Assembly (NCBI GenBank): GCA_050084515.1
Contig: CM114271.1
Span: 11,284,001 to 11,348,000 of the forward strand
Source: Blasia pusilla
Taxonomy: Eukaryota
Length of the DNA: 64,000 nucleotides
Reading direction: 5' to 3'
Shown: in pieces, positions 48,615-62,869 of the stretch
Layout of the letters: each line of letters opens with the position of its first letter
Position numbering within the stretch: position 1 is the first letter of the stretch
Notes under the pieces: generated by a model
Databases searched by the model: none
What the model saw: the letters and a program-made list of their open reading frames with translations, nothing else
Told to the model about the DNA's origin: nothing
Position numbers and translations under genes: made by a program

Positions 48615-49337
48615 TGACCCTCAAGTAGCTTATGGCATCCTTTCATCCTATTTCGCTCGTAGACTTGGTTATCTTTGTAGAACCGTGTGGGTGTCTAGCC
48701 ACATTTCTTCCTTGTATTGATCCTTTCATAGAAAGATCATGTAGGCGTTTGGGGATCTACTAGGACCCGGCTCCTTAGAGTGCCCCGCGGGGAAGTTAGC
48801 TCGTAGACAGGCTTTTTGGCCGATTTCCTTTGGCAGAGTAGGTCTTATAGCGATTGAGTTAGTGGGGCCTTCGGCTTTTTTAGGGAGTTGGGCCACTATA
48901 GCACCCCTTCTTTGCTCCCAATTTTTTTTTAGGATAGACCGCTCCTTTTACAATATGTTTACTAGGTTGAGCATGACCTTTTCCCACTTCAGTCTTCACT
49001 CACAGATTGTAGAGACTCCCTTTTAGTTGAGGTTAGAGGAGTTCTTCCCACTTTCTCTTCTCTAGTTACCTCTGGGCAGTATGGACTCCAATCTTTTTAC
49101 ATAGAAGCCCACTTTGAGGCAATGTTTAGAGGTATTATGTTGGATGGGAATATCCCCATGGAGGTTTGGGCCCGTATTCCCTCTTGCTCTGGAAAGGGGG
49201 TAGGCTTATGGGTGGGGGCTCACCCCCTCATCTCGGCTTTCCGCATCGCACCACTTACCTACACTACAGCGATACGATTCCGACTGGGCCTCCCCCAACC
49301 ATCGGTGGTTAGTTCGACACATTGCAAGTATCGCCAT
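48615..49337 (+). mobile_element. Fragment of a non-LTR retrotransposon ORF (post-RT region)
   Basis: SCSGKGVGLW...P...F.....YTTAIRFRLGLPQP......C resembles the region preceding the Zn knuckle in RLE-type LINEs. Truncated by an LTR at 49338. Confidence 0.5.
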
Positions 49338-49488
49338 TGTCGTGCGCATACACATCGCTACACAAGATACATCGTTGTCACCGAACACACACAATCCCAT
49401 GCTAACTCATCGCATCCAAACAACGAGACAAGAAGTACCAAAATATCTCCAATAAAATAAGATCCAATCTCTCTCACAACACCATAGT

Positions 49489-50111
49489 TGTCGTGCGCAT
49501 ACATATCGCTACACAACATACATCGCTGGTCACATCTACACCACACAACACCGATCTTCCCCACACACGGGTCGATCCACACATGTACAAAAATCAACTC
49601 ATACATATACATGGAGATCACACAAAAAAAATAAAGAGTAGTAAAAACGGCACACCCGGCCTAAAACTCCACTCCTCAATCTACATCGGCATATCGAGCC
49701 TCGTCCACCCTGTGCTATCAAGGAATCCGGACGCTGTGCTAGCGTCCTAGGTCCATTGTGTCAGGAACGTTGTTTCTGACAACTTTCATGTTGAGGTCTT
49801 TGACAGCCGGGTGACTTGTTGACCAAGTCACCCGCCCTTGGTAACCTGTGCGCGCAGGTTACCAAGGGAAGGGCTATTTTTAGGGGAAGAGCCTTTTGGC
49901 TCTTCCTAATCCTATATAAGAGAGGAAGATGGCTTTCCTAAGCCATCTTTCTCATGTTGGGCCGTTGGAGCACCTCCATTGTATGTGTGTGAGATAGGAC
50001 TATCCTCAACCTCATCCAACACCGTGGGACAAAGTTACACTCAAGATAGTCCGCTGGCTCCTACGCCCTATCCACGATAGATCTCGGCCTATCGGCTACT
50101 CAGATGTGACA
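49489..50111. mobile_element. Nested LTR-like insertion (TG...CA) inside the gypsy 3' LTR
   Basis: Starts TGTCGTGCGC and ends TGTGACA, flanked by duplicated TAGT. The empty site CACCATAGTTCTCACA is seen at ~60105. Confidence 0.75.
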
Positions 50112-50801
50112 TAGTTCTCACATGTGTGCACTCTCATATGTCTCTCTCAATGTCAAAGCAAACCCACTCTCCTCATGAGAGGCTTGAGTTACACACACAA
50201 GGTAAGCAAGACCATAGCTCCGCCGCCTCATGCCAAGAGGTTCAACAAAGAGAGAATAAGCTCTCAATCTCTCTCTCCTTGAGGTATACCCCTCCCCTCT
50301 CCCAAGCTCTCTCCATGGTAACATATGCTCCCAAGTCACCTCCTTGGCTCTTGACCTAATATAGGAGGTCAAGGGCCACTTACCAAAAATAGAAAGTTGA
50401 CCATATACTCAAAATGATACTTATCTAAAATAGTAAGTTCCTCAATATGGCTCCAAATGAGCCGAAACGAAGGGGAAACCTGCTCTCTAAGATTTCTCGG
50501 GGCTTCAACATGTCATTCTCGACCTACTGAGCATGTCCTCCACTACCCACGAAGGCGCTCTATTAGATCTCACCGATCTATCCTAAAAGACGTGATAGCT
50601 GTCTATCAAAATATCTCCAATCGCCCCCCTAGCTGGTGGTTAGGTCCCTCTAACTCCAGATAGCCATATATCCCTACCTACCATGACATACATCTCTCGG
50701 ACGCTAAGAGCAAGAAGGCCCAGTGCTCATGTGGCCCCATCGTTAGTCGCCTTCTTGTCATCCATATCACAGACACAAGTTAGAATGTAGAACTACCTAC
50801 T

Positions 50802-50950
50802 CTATGTACATTTGGGACACATCCATCGTCCCTGAGGAACCCTGGTGAGAGGTGGCGTCAAAGATGCCATATGCCATCTTCTCGAACACCCATCACAGAC
50901 TAGCATAGTGGTTGCACCATAGACGGAACCACACAACATACACCGCAAGC
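50802..50950 (-). pseudogene. PHD finger at the pol C-terminus
   Basis: CMLC...MLVCDGCSRRWHMASLTPPLTRVPQGRWMCPKC (C4HC3 with one C>S). A second copy lies at ~63830-63975. Confidence 0.9.
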
Positions 50951-53053
50951 CTGTAGGAACTATTGCTAAGCTCAAATCAAATATACCGTCAATGTTCGGA
51001 AGATGATATGGCGCACAGTTATGCTTATGATCCTTCCAAAGCATACCATCACGTCCCTCCAATAAGAGAACACCGGATGGCAAAACCTCACACACTCTCA
51101 AGATGGTGCGCCCTACAGTCACATCCAACGTCGTGGATGCCGTCTTCTGCAAGTAGATATAGTCTCCCTAATGAAACCTTCGGATAGTAGGTCGATAACC
51201 ACCTCCCCCAATAGTCGCATACCTCAACATATCCCGATGTTGCACAATCGCCAAGTTCTCAAATGCCATGGGCATCACTCTCCGAAACAATTGAGCCCTC
51301 TGAGAACATGTTCGCATCCATACATCAAGGTCATCAAGGTTCAACACCTCACCAACATCTCGATGAATGGCCGTAGGTAAATCTGGTTCTCGGCCATAAA
51401 ACAACAAGTACGCTAAGGATGCATGCTTGCTAAATCTGTTTCCCATCGCCAATCATGGCAACTAAAGGTCCCAATCTCCTAGGTGACCTCTCTGCAAGCC
51501 ATACTTGCGTAGTCCTCTCTTCACTGTCTGCACAACTCGCTCCCCTAGTCCATCTACCTTAGGATAATCTCGCGAAGTAGTGCGGTGGTCGATCAGTGCC
51601 TGATCACACAAGGCCTAAAATGCCATGCGGAACTCTGTACCTTGGTCTGTCAACACCTCAGCTGGTGCGCCGTAATGACTCAACACTCGATTTAGGAAGG
51701 CATACGCTACTCCCTCACTCGTTTTGTCAGGCAATGCAACCAACTCTATCCACTTCGAGAAGTGCTCGACCATCCATCACCAAGACATAACGACTATGGC
51801 GCTCCGTCAAAGGCAAAGGTCCTGCAAAATCCAAACTCCATCTATAATCTAAACCCATGATCGGAAGTGGATGCAACTGTGGAGTTGGAGCATTGAATGA
51901 TGCTTGGACTCAATCACACACCATGCATCTGGCAACAAACTGTTGAACGTCAGTCTGCATGCCTTGCCACCAATACTAAATTTGGAGCAAGCTGTATGTC
52001 CACTTCACTCCAAAATGATCCAACTCCTCATGGGCATGACGCACCAAATGTGTTCTTTGCGAAGGATGAGGCACTACACACACTCTACCATCCTCTCACA
52101 CTTGCAATACATATGTGCCCTCCCACCGGAACCGTCTAGCTTGTTGTAGGATCCGATCGCTCTCTCTAGCACCAACTGTGCTCACGACGCTGCCAATATG
52201 CACGTACTCCAAGACCACTCCATCGTCATGAATGTCTTGACCACCTATCGTCTCCTCACCGGCCTCTGGATCTAAGGACTCTCCATCAGACCTCGCCATC
52301 GAAGTCTCAGCAATTTGGCTCTCCATAGCCAACATGCCCAAATAGGCTGTCGCATGCCATCTTGGCACCAACTCCTCATCACTCTGACCATGCCAACCAG
52401 CTTCAGTTGCATCTCGCTGACTCAGACATGGGTTACAGCTCAAACTATCTGCATCCTGGTTGAGCGTCCCAGGTCTATGCACCACTTGGAAGTCATACTC
52501 CTGCAACAAAAGAGCCCACCTTGCAAGCTTCCCTGTAAGCTTGTCGAACTCCATCAACCACTTGAGTGGCTGATGATCAATAATGATGATAAAGGGATTT
52601 CCGAATACATAACATCTAAAATGTGTGATAGCCCACACTGCAGCCAAGCACTCACCCTCATACGAGCTATACATCGCCTCTGCAGCGTTGTTTGAGCGAC
52701 TAGCATAAGCCACCACAAACTCTCTATCATCATCGTCATGCTAGGTGAGCATGGCTCCAAGCCCCAACATGCTCCAATCGATATGCAACTGGAAAGGACG
52801 CCCCCAAATCCGTCTCCTCAATATGGGCGCGGACGTCAATCTATCCTTGAGCATCTAAAATGCTCTCTCTTGCTCATTCCCCCAGTGCCACTCCTGATCC
52901 ACCTTGGTCATCAAGGTTAGCGGATTCGCAATTGAATTGAAACCCTTAACGTACCGTCGATAGAAGTTTTCCAATCCCATGAATGCACAAACTCGACTCA
53001 CATATGTAGGGCGTGGAATGTGTGAAATAGCCTCTACCTTTATTTGTTGCACA

Positions 53054-54263
53054 TGTGATACCCATAATTTTGTAATCTTGAAGAATATATCTTTTTATTC
53101 AACAAAGACTCTTGTATATTATGATTATTTATTATTATGAGGAAGAATAAGTGAATCACAAAGCTCTTGGGACAAGGGAGAGAGATGGAAGATCAAGGAT
53201 TTGCCTTAGAGAAGAGGAAAACGCAATAACGAAGTCTCAAGACTCAGAACGAAGCTCAACGAAGATGTACGAAGCTCTGTTTTTGTAGTGCTTCGCTACA
53301 TAACGCAGCATCACGAAGAAAATAAGAAAGAAGTACTTCGCTCTTTAACGAAGCGCGAAGCACGAAGTACGAAGCACCGGAGATAAGAACGAAGCATGGA
53401 GTACTTCGTCCTCCTGAAGTCCAACGAAGCGAAGCTAAGAAGGACTGTGATTTCAAGAGACACATGTTAAAACAGCTAGACTAGGAAAGGGCGTGAACCT
53501 TTGTATCAAATTGGTAGTTAGGACAGTTTTGTAGTGCGGACTCACAGGGATCATAGGAAAAGCTAAGAGAACCATAGATCTAGGTAGTTAGAAATAGTGA
53601 AGAGACACTAGCTTCATCAAGAACGTTTCGAATCTTTGGATCACTTCCACTCCAGCGAATATTTAAGAAGCAAGGCAAAAGCCATAATCATCATTCTCTT
53701 ACAAAGTCCTTATGTTGTAGGAATGGTCCGAGCAAGAGAGTAGTACCCTCTCAAGCTTGTATACACTTTGAAGCTTTCTCGTTCTTGATGGAGTAGTAAA
53801 GCAATCATTCATTCATTCTGATGTGCGATGATTATGTCTGAGTATTCTTTTTGGGTTTGCAGAGTGAAGAGTGAATCAGACGAACCTTTCTCATCAATGA
53901 AATAATCAACCTGAGTTGTAGGAAATCTGTTTGACAGAGAGTAACCTGCCGAGACGGATTGAGTTGCGAAAGTAGGAGAAGCCAACTTTTGTGTTGAGAT
54001 CTCTGTGAGGTTTCTTGATGTCGAGAGGAAAATCTACCTGAACATGCTGTCAATTCCACTAGAAAGAATCGAGAAAACATCCTTTGGTACTAAGAAAGAT
54101 TAGAAGATATTGATAAGACATTGAATATAACTCACACACCTTTAAATACAACTATTACAACAGAATTGTAATTCCGAACTCTCTTTTCATCAAACAATGA
54201 TCCTCTTAGGGATCGAACTTATTAAAACGACTATAAACTAGAAACACTTGTACATTACATATA
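53054..54263 (+). mobile_element. Solo LTR inserted into the gypsy RT; same family as 16524-17737
   Basis: Runs TGTGATACCC to TACATTACATATA, with flanks GCACA/GCACC. RT coding (PGGLG / QQIKVEAI) resumes across it. Confidence 0.85.
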
Positions 54264-55379
54264 GCACCAAGTCCCCCAGGGTATATTGTATGACCCAAGT
54301 ACTCAATCTGGTCATAGAAGAACTTGCACTTGCCTGGATGTACCTTCAGCCCATGTAACTGCAATCGTCGAAACACCTCCTCTAGATGTCGCTCATGCTC
54401 CTCAACCGTGGCGCTAAAGACTACGATATCATCAATATAACACCTAGCAAAATCTTGACTTGCCAAGATCCTATCCATGACCCTGTGAAACTCAGCCGGG
54501 GCGTTCTTTAACCCGAATGATAAGAACCGCCACCGGTACAAACAATCCTTCCCGTGAGGATCGATGCCCCAAAATGCCGTCTTCGCTTGTCCTCCAATCT
54601 GATAGGCAGCTGATGGTATCTGGCTCGCAAATCCAATGAACTGAAGATCTTTGCATGCCCAATCGTATCAAAGATCTCCTCAGGGGTGGGCATGGCATAC
54701 CTATTGGACTTCGTGTGGCGATTGATAGGTTGGTAATCTCCACACATTCGCCTATCCGTCCAGTTGCCATTCAAATCCTTCTTGGCGGGCATCATAGTGG
54801 CAGATGCATACTCTCCATGCGACATCTCCACGAGTCCTGTTCCAACCAAAACCTGGTTCCTACTCTGAATCAGAGCCCTCTCCATGTCACTCTATCAGTA
54901 GGATCGTCGAAAGATCGACGTGTCACTCGACAACTCAATGCGGATCCTTGGATCCTTCAGTGTATTCAAATCATGTATACTAAATGTAAAATAACTCCTA
55001 TAACTCCGAAGGAAGTGGTGTATCCAGCACCGCTCTCCTCTTGTCAACTTAGGGCCCATATTTGGCTCCCAAGTCTCCATCGTGACTACAATAGGACTCT
55101 CCGGCGTGGATGTTGGTGGTTGCTATGGTGCAACCCCGTCTTGGACAATAAAACTCTCATCTCCACGTGCAGTACCCAGAACCACGCTGTGGCTATCATC
55201 TCCTCGCATACATGCAAAACATCCCAAGAAGTCCAAGGGTATCTCTCTCGATCACCCATGGTGTGTCGATCTCCTCGAGTCTCGCCCCCAGCCACTGCCT
55301 CAACTGTCTCGGTAGGCATGGGGCTCACCAACGCAACAGCTATGATCTGTCACATCCTCAAACAACACTGCTCAGCTAC

Positions 55380-56340
55380 TCCTAAGCTGAAATCCATGTC
55401 AAGCAGTTCAAGTCCATCGCTTGACCCAAGACATGATGTCGTGATGCCTCCAATAGTGATGGTATTGCCGTCACTCCTGTGGGGAATCCCATTGCTCGCT
55501 CTCGCTCATCGGCGTTGGGCTCCACCAACCTCTATACCTGGTCATCCCAAACCAAGCCGGGTCTGGCCTTCTTGAATGCATAGGAAGCGGGAAAACTCAC
55601 CAATGTGGGAAAGGCGGCTCGTGGCATGCCAAGCCTCTTGACCACAGTCAACGGCGGTTGATCATTGTGCCTCACTGCCTGTGATTGACGACCCATATCC
55701 AATATAGAATCCACCAATAAATTGTAGGGACGCTCCACTCTCGCATAAGCCCTCCACAATACCTCATAAGGTAGCAAGTGGGTCCACCAAAGACGCGGGT
55801 GGTGTGCTCTAAAACCTACACTCGCCGGATCTAACAACATTGCCGGGCCGATCCATGCGCGCACATGATGTGCATTCGTCACCACGCGGGACCTTGAATC
55901 GCCCAAAATTGGCACAATCTCCAAAATGTATGCTGGAGAACAAGGCTGAAGCTCCTATAAATGTCGCAAGATCCGCATCATCTCCCACAACAACCTGGAC
56001 TATTGTCAACTAACCCGCTACCTCGTCCAACACTCGATTGGCCCTGACACGGCCAACCAGCAATGACTAAGTCTATGGTCCCTACCCGCTCCAAGTCTTG
56101 CGCCCCCAACAATGAAATGTCCCTCAGTAGGGAACTCTGGTAATCCTGAATGGAGAACGTAGATAAAAAGTCGAGAAAACGGAGGCGTAACAACGCCATA
56201 TGGTGAAGTGAAGTGCGCCTCGCAACATCATCAGTCTCCACATATAGGTACAGCTGCACGTGCACTCCAGCGTGCAAAATAGCAGCTAACCCAGTGCTGA
56301 TCCCTCCAAAGATCCCTCTCAGATGCGCCATACAATGGGT
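55380..56340 (-). pseudogene. C5-cytosine DNA methyltransferase domain inside gypsy pol, frameshifted
   Basis: Motif I GIFGGISTG; motif II YVETD; motif IV DLVIAGWPCQG with catalytic Cys; motif VI-like YILEIV (~55920); motif VIII-like ASVGFRAHHPRLWWT; motif X-like GQAMDLN (~55410). Confidence 0.9.
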
Positions 56341-59300
56341 GTGGTATCCAAGGGCGTCATTACAACACTCTCGGCTACCTCGGGTTTCTCTGGCCCGTCA
56401 CGCTCTGGTGCAAAGTTCTCGCTCCATGCGGTCTGCACATGCTCAGTGGCTAAGCATCAAAGCTCCTCAATCGAGCCCCAAAGCGGCACCTCTCCTTCAC
56501 GGACTGATGCGGCTAGAAATGTCAGGAACGGGAGTATCCCTTGCATGAACATGTCCCTCAATCAAATCACTAGGCCAAGTGATGGCAGTGCTAAATGCTG
56601 CTAAGGTCTCCATCTCTCTTGGCCGTGCTCAATCACCCCACCTGTGAATCAAACGGGTAATGAGCTAAGGCGCCCATCACCTAATTGCCATCATGGTATG
56701 TAGGATGCTGATTCCTCCCAATAATCCAGGGAAAATCCCATCGGGTATAATATTGCTCCACCAACCAAGACGTCGTAGGACTCTGCATTAGTCACTATCG
56801 CCTTGGGTCCCACCACGGACTCATCTGTAGGATGTCCTGGGCAAATCCTCACTACAACCTCTTGTCACGTGATATACTGTGTGGTACTCGCTCCACCCAA
56901 GGATGTCTCTATTCGGAATGGACAACGCTCCACATCGGCTCTCGTCAAGCCCAATCCTCTGAATGACGCTTTCCCCAACATCAGGGGTTGCGCTCCTGAA
57001 TCCAACAAGACGCGCTACGGACTAAAAGCTGTACCTCCGGGACTCACCAACTGCAAGACCTCTCCTTAGTTATCTAGCAACACAACACCAAGAGAAGCCA
57101 TGGCACGCTCTATCGCGGATCTAGCCAGCATCTCCGCCATCCTAGCAGCCGCACCTTGCCATGAATCTGACGTGGACGGCCCGAGCATCCGCTCCAAGGG
57201 CGGGTCCATCACCTCCTCTGCAATCACCTCTAAACATGATGCAAGAAATCCAACTCCACGCTCACATAGTGTAGCGGCCAGCCAAAAAACCTCGGCGGGC
57301 GTACCTCCCAACGTCATAACATGAGAAGCAGAAAATAAAGGAGCGTGGTACACAATGGTGGCCGCCCCCAACAACGTGCTTGACACATGCCCCCCTGAGC
57401 ATCAACAATAGGAGTCGTCGCACTCGCTTCTCCCATTGCCCTCCATGCCTACACACCAACAACATCACCAACTCTCCAGGAACTCTAATCAGGACCCATC
57501 GATGGGGTCCTCATTGCCTTGGACAACGTGAAAGATTGAGGAAGCCTAGTCTGTTTCCTTGCTTCCCCTGGCTGTGGATCCAACTCTGTGGCTACTCCAC
57601 ACGTCACAACTGTGGCGGCCTCTATCTGGGCAACCCCGCACATCCAAACAGGATCCTCCATATCTGTGGCTACTCCATATGATATCGATGCCATGGATCC
57701 GGCATCGGGTAACCTCAATGCCATAGCGGCAATCTACTCCTGTAGCTGTTGTATCTGAGCAGCCATCCCAGTTCTCCGTCCGCACCCCTTGGTAGGTCGC
57801 CCTCAACTCAACAAAGAACTCAACCACGCGGTTGAACCTAGGACGAACCCAACTAGATGGTGCAACTGCTCCAGTGCGAGTGATCCCTCTTAAAACATCA
57901 CTAGTGGAAGAGGAAGCAGCCTCTCTTGACTCTTCCTCCTTATCTGGGAATGGCTCCGTCCATGACACATAGTGTGGGTCATATTAGAGTCACCATGCCT
58001 CAATCTCTTGGGCATATCTGTGGGAGAACTCATGGTAATCGTCCATGGGCGCCCCCTCCAAATGTTGGAACATACCATTCCATGCTATAAATGGGTTGAG
58101 CTCTCTAGAGTTCCTGGCCCGTTGTGAGTCACACCAACTCCTAAACTCCGCAATGAAGACGTGTAGCTCTATAGTGCCTACAACACCTAAAAACCTACGT
58201 GGTCCTCTGCCCCGATCGTCCATCTCGTACGCCCAACTGGTAGGTCCACTCTATGTGTATGGTGGATCACTAACACACTCCTCTATACGCTCCCCCTCGT
58301 CTGAAGACGACACAGAAGGAGATCAAGGTGGTCTCTCATGTGGAGATCCTCAAAACCTCGCACCACTCCGGGTAAACTCCCGAGAGCTACTCTTAGGTCC
58401 ACTACCTCATCTCTCAAAATCCCAAAAAGACGCCGTGATGGCCCTCGTGCCCCTCTCACATGATCACTCTCAATCTCGCAAGTAATCCCTCCATCACTCA
58501 AACTAAATATATGGCACTCAATTTACACTCTCATTGAGACGTGTGCTATGCATCAACAAGCAGCATGGTGCAGCAAATCACTGATCTATTGTCTCATCGA
58601 CAAACCATCCTCAACTCTGGACATCCCACACACGTCTATGTCCCCTAAACCCATACAACATTGATGCTCCTAGCATCAGCACGAAACCCAATATCCCAAA
58701 TAACTTCCCAATATCCGAAAACCCCTCACACGTGTAGGGTAAGAGACCAGAATGGGTAACCTGACAATAATGTGGATGTCGCTCCTCGAAAACTGCAAAT
58801 CTCGACCCCAACTCGGTCGTGGAGACAACTCCTCCAATTAGCAAGTCTTACTCCTCTTGTACTAACGCTGTTCAAACCTCCTCGATGTGCGGTGTAGGTC
58901 CAACGGTCCGGTGCGGCACTAGCAACACGGAACGGCTACATATGGCACGACACTCGAGAATGGGGTGCGACACTCGACGGCATACCCTCCTCAATCAGCA
59001 ATTCACACGCTCTGCTCCTTAGTGAAGGAGCGGCTCCGCGATCAAGACAGTACGGTGCAGCCACGAGCAACACGGCACGGCACGGCAATCGGTGGCATAT
59101 TGCGGCTACAAGCGTCACAGCACGCTACTTGATCGTCGTAAAGCGGCTACCAATCACAACATAGCAACATGAAATGAAAACTCAAACACCATAACCCGAG
59201 GTCACCTGCCATCACTGGTTGATGACGAAACGATGACGATGGCAGCCAAAAAAAAGTACGTGGTGGAGATGCAAGTTAGAGAATTAACGGTCGTCATGGA

Positions 59301-61249
59301 AGACCCTCCACTCCATAATGGCGGCAATGGCAACCAAAGGGTGGACAACGGACGAACACGGCTCTGAGCAGCGATAGGCGGCGGCGGTGGCCGATGGTGG
59401 ACGGTGGACGGTTGGCCGTTGATGGTGACGGCCGACGGCTGACGGTGATGGTCGATGGAAAACTGTTGAGGGTGACTATGACCATTGACGATGACTATGA
59501 CGGTGGTGGCCGCCGCCGGCATGGCGGCTGGTTTAGGGTTTGAACAATTTAACCCTAAAAATCGCCTAATAATGGCAGTTTTGCAAGATTGACCATAACT
59601 TTTTGCTCGCAACTTCAAATTATGCACAGTCTATTGCACAACGTGCACAAACGATCTACAACTGCGTAAAAAAACATTTGGAATTGAACATTCTAGTAAA
59701 AATTGACGGGGACAATCATAAAGCCCAATATCTCTTTCTCCTACACAAAATTTGGCAGCACTTTCGCGCTGATTTCTCCCAACGAAAATGTAAAACATGT
59801 GAGAACACAAATCAGCAAGTTACATGGTGCTCTTGAGAGCACCAGCATGGGGCAACTTGCCCCCATACTCAATCCCTATAAAAAATTGGGCAGCACTTTC
59901 GTGCGCCACTCTTCCATCCAAAAGATCGGCAAAGCAAACATCACAAGTAAGCGGCTCTTGGTCCGGTGAGCACTCCCATGAACCGCTCAATAGGGAATAC
60001 GATCCCCAACCTGCAAAAACAACAAGTGACCAGCAAGCTCTCCCATGAAGCTCTCTCACTCACTCATTCTCTCATTGTAAAATAAGATCCAATCTCTCTC
60101 ACAACACCATAGTTCTCACATGTCTCTCTCAATGTCAAACCAAATCCACTCTCCTAATGAGAGGCTTGGATTACACACACAAGGCAAGCAAGACCATAGC
60201 TCCGCCGCCTCATGCCAAGAGGTTCAAGAAAGAGAGAATGAGCTCTCAAGCTCTCTCTCCTTGAAGTATACCCTCCCATCTCCCAAGCTCTCTCCATGGT
60301 AACCTATGCTTCCAAGTCACCTCTTTGGCTCTTGACCTGATGTAGGAGGTCAAGGTCCACTTACCAAAAATAGAAAGTTGATCATATTTTCAAAATGGTA
60401 CTTATCTAAAATAGTAAGTTCCTCAATATGGCTCCAAATGAGCCGAAACAAAGGGGAAACCTGCTCTCTAAGGTTTCTCGAGGCCTCAACAAGTCATCCT
60501 TGACCTACGGAGCCTGTCCTCCACTACTCACAAAGGCGCTCTACTAGATCTCACCGATCTATCCTAAAAGACGTGACAACGAAGTCTGGATCCACTTGGT
60601 TTGCATTTGGCACGTTGTCCAATTGGGGATGAGAGGATAACCACTCACGATGCAATGCGGGATATCATTTCTTAATTGCTCGGGAGAGTGGCTTCCATGT
60701 GTAGAGAGAGAGGCACTACTCCATGCGGCCCGTTCCCGTGAGTTGAAGAATATGTAGTAGTGGTTGGGATTCATGCAGAAACATCCAACATCAGAGGCAG
60801 ATCAGAAGTTGCGTTAGCACTAGCCATGAGGGTCGGGAAAATTTCGGAGTTGAGAGGTGCAAACGTTGTCTCTTCCTAAATTTTTTTTGTCTTTAACTTA
60901 CAAGCACCCCGTGAAAATCCATATTTGCATCCACAATTTTCCCACTAATGGTAGGTCAACTCCCTCCAACATAACTTTTTCACTAGTTTCTAACTCCAAG
61001 TGATAACTTGACTTGTCTAGTCCTCTAAAAATAATTGATGTTTACCTTTCTACCTCCCACTTGAGGAATTTCCAAAGAGATCTCAAAATTTCACTCACAT
61101 ATTGGAATCGTGGCTATGATAGCCCAAAGAAAATTGTCGTAACTTCATGCTCACACAATCAAATCACGCACCTTTTCTTACATAGTGTGCACAACTTCCT
61201 ACCCAATCTACAACAACATCAAATTGGTTTCTTCATTAGACCGAGTTGG

Positions 61250-62869
61250 GGTTGACATTTGCAGTTGCTAAGGAGCGATAGAGAAATTTATTTAGGTTAC
61301 CCATTCTGGTCTTTTGCCTTGCACGTTTTAGGGATTTCCGAGTATTGGGTAGTTATTTGGGATATTGGGTTTTGTGTGGATGTTGAGAGAATCATTGATG
61401 TATGGGTTTAGGGAACATAGACCTATGTGGGATGTCCATAGTTGAGGGTATGTCATGTCAATGAGATGATAGGACACTAGCCGATTGCCACACCACGTCG
61501 CTTGTTGCCGCACAACACACGTCTCAGTGAGAGAGAATGTAGATTGAGTGCCACATATTTAGTTTGAGTGATTGAGTGATTACTCATGGGATTGAGAGTG
61601 ATCGTGTGAGAGGGGCACGAGGGTCATCATGGCATTCTTTTGGGACTTTGAGAGGCGAGGTGGTAGACGTGAGGGTAGCTCTAGAGGGTTTACGCGGCAT
61701 GGCGCGAGGTTTCGAGGATCTCCACGTGAGGGACCGCCTTGACCTCCTTCTGTGTCGTCTTTAGCAAGGGGGAGAGTGTAGAGGAGTATGTTAGTGATTC
61801 ACCACACACAATGAGTGGTCCTACCGGTTAGGCATATGAGATGGACAACATGGGTAGAGGACCGCATAGGTTTTCGGGTGCTATAGGCACGATAGAGTTG
61901 CACAACTTTTTTGGAGAGATTAGGAGTTGGTGTCACTCATAGCGGGCTAGGAACTCCAGAGAGTTCAACTCGTTTGAAACATGGAATGGAATGTTCTAGC
62001 ACTTAAAGGGGGCACCTATGGACGATTACCATCAGTTTTCCCAAAGATATGCCCATGAGATTGAAGATTGACTCTACTATGATCCACATTATGTGTAATG
62101 GACGAATCCGTTTCTCGATGTGGAGGAGGAGTCAGGAGAGGCTTCTTCCTCTTCCATGAGTGATGTTTTAGGAGGAGTAACTCACAAAGGAGCAGTTGCA
62201 TCGTCCAGTCGGGTTTGTCCCAGGTTCAACCCCGTGGTTTAGTTCTTTGCAGAGTTGAGGACGAGCTACTAGGGGGTACAGATTGAGAAGTTGCAAAACA
62301 TCCACGACTTCCAAAGACGCATGGGTGAGAGTTTGTATGGGGCCTACACTCGCTTGCGCCGGTTGATTAACATCACTCAGGGGGATGACAGAGTCCCAGA
62401 CTATCTAGTCATAGTACGCAATGTTGGACCGACTCCTGCGGACACGGGTGCGGGAGGGGTGCTTCTTATGAACACCTCACCTATGTTAAGAGATGTTTTT
62501 AGGACCGCCGAGAATATTGAGTGCAAGATGGCAAAGGAGAGTGTAGCCACCATGGGTTCTAGGCAAAAGCAATCACGATTACCTATACCACCAGTGCAAG
62601 AACGTGGATTCTGAGATAAGTCTGTGGCACCACGAGCTCAGGAAGGATATAGGGAGGCGTGCCATAGAGAACTACGTCTTCATATGTGGCTCAGCAGCAG
62701 TCGCCTATGATTATTTGTCGGGCATGTGGTGGGGGCACAGCTTGTTGCTATCGTTATATGTGGAGCCACCGTAGAGTTGAATCCATAGAGAGGGGAAGCC
62801 AGGAAACAGACCAGGCTTCCTCAGTCTTTCACGTTGTCTGAGGCGATGAGGACCCCATCGATGGGTCCT
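61250..62869 (+). mobile_element. Second fragment (5' leader and gag) of the same gypsy family, opposite orientation
   Basis: Reverse-complement homology to ~57490-58800, e.g. GIESDRVRGARG versus CEIESDHVRGARG. Ends abruptly at an LTR junction. Confidence 0.85.

Larger units (their letters stand above)
49338..60578 (-). mobile_element. Ty3/gypsy LTR retrotransposon, decayed: gag, protease, C5-DNMT, RT, RNase H, integrase, PHD
   Basis: Direct terminal repeats (49338-50597 and ~60078-60578). Protease RVLLDSGAQP at ~57000. RT motifs RMCGDY, FSSLDLRARYHQ, FGLKNAP, CYIDDIVVF. RNase H VAYASRS, YSSYEGECLA, DHQPLKWL. Integrase remnants at 51150-52100. Confidence 0.92.

Noticed and set aside
54655-55575. 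306-aa plus-strand ORF
   Set aside because: It is antisense to gypsy RT/DNMT coding sequence, with no recognisable motif.
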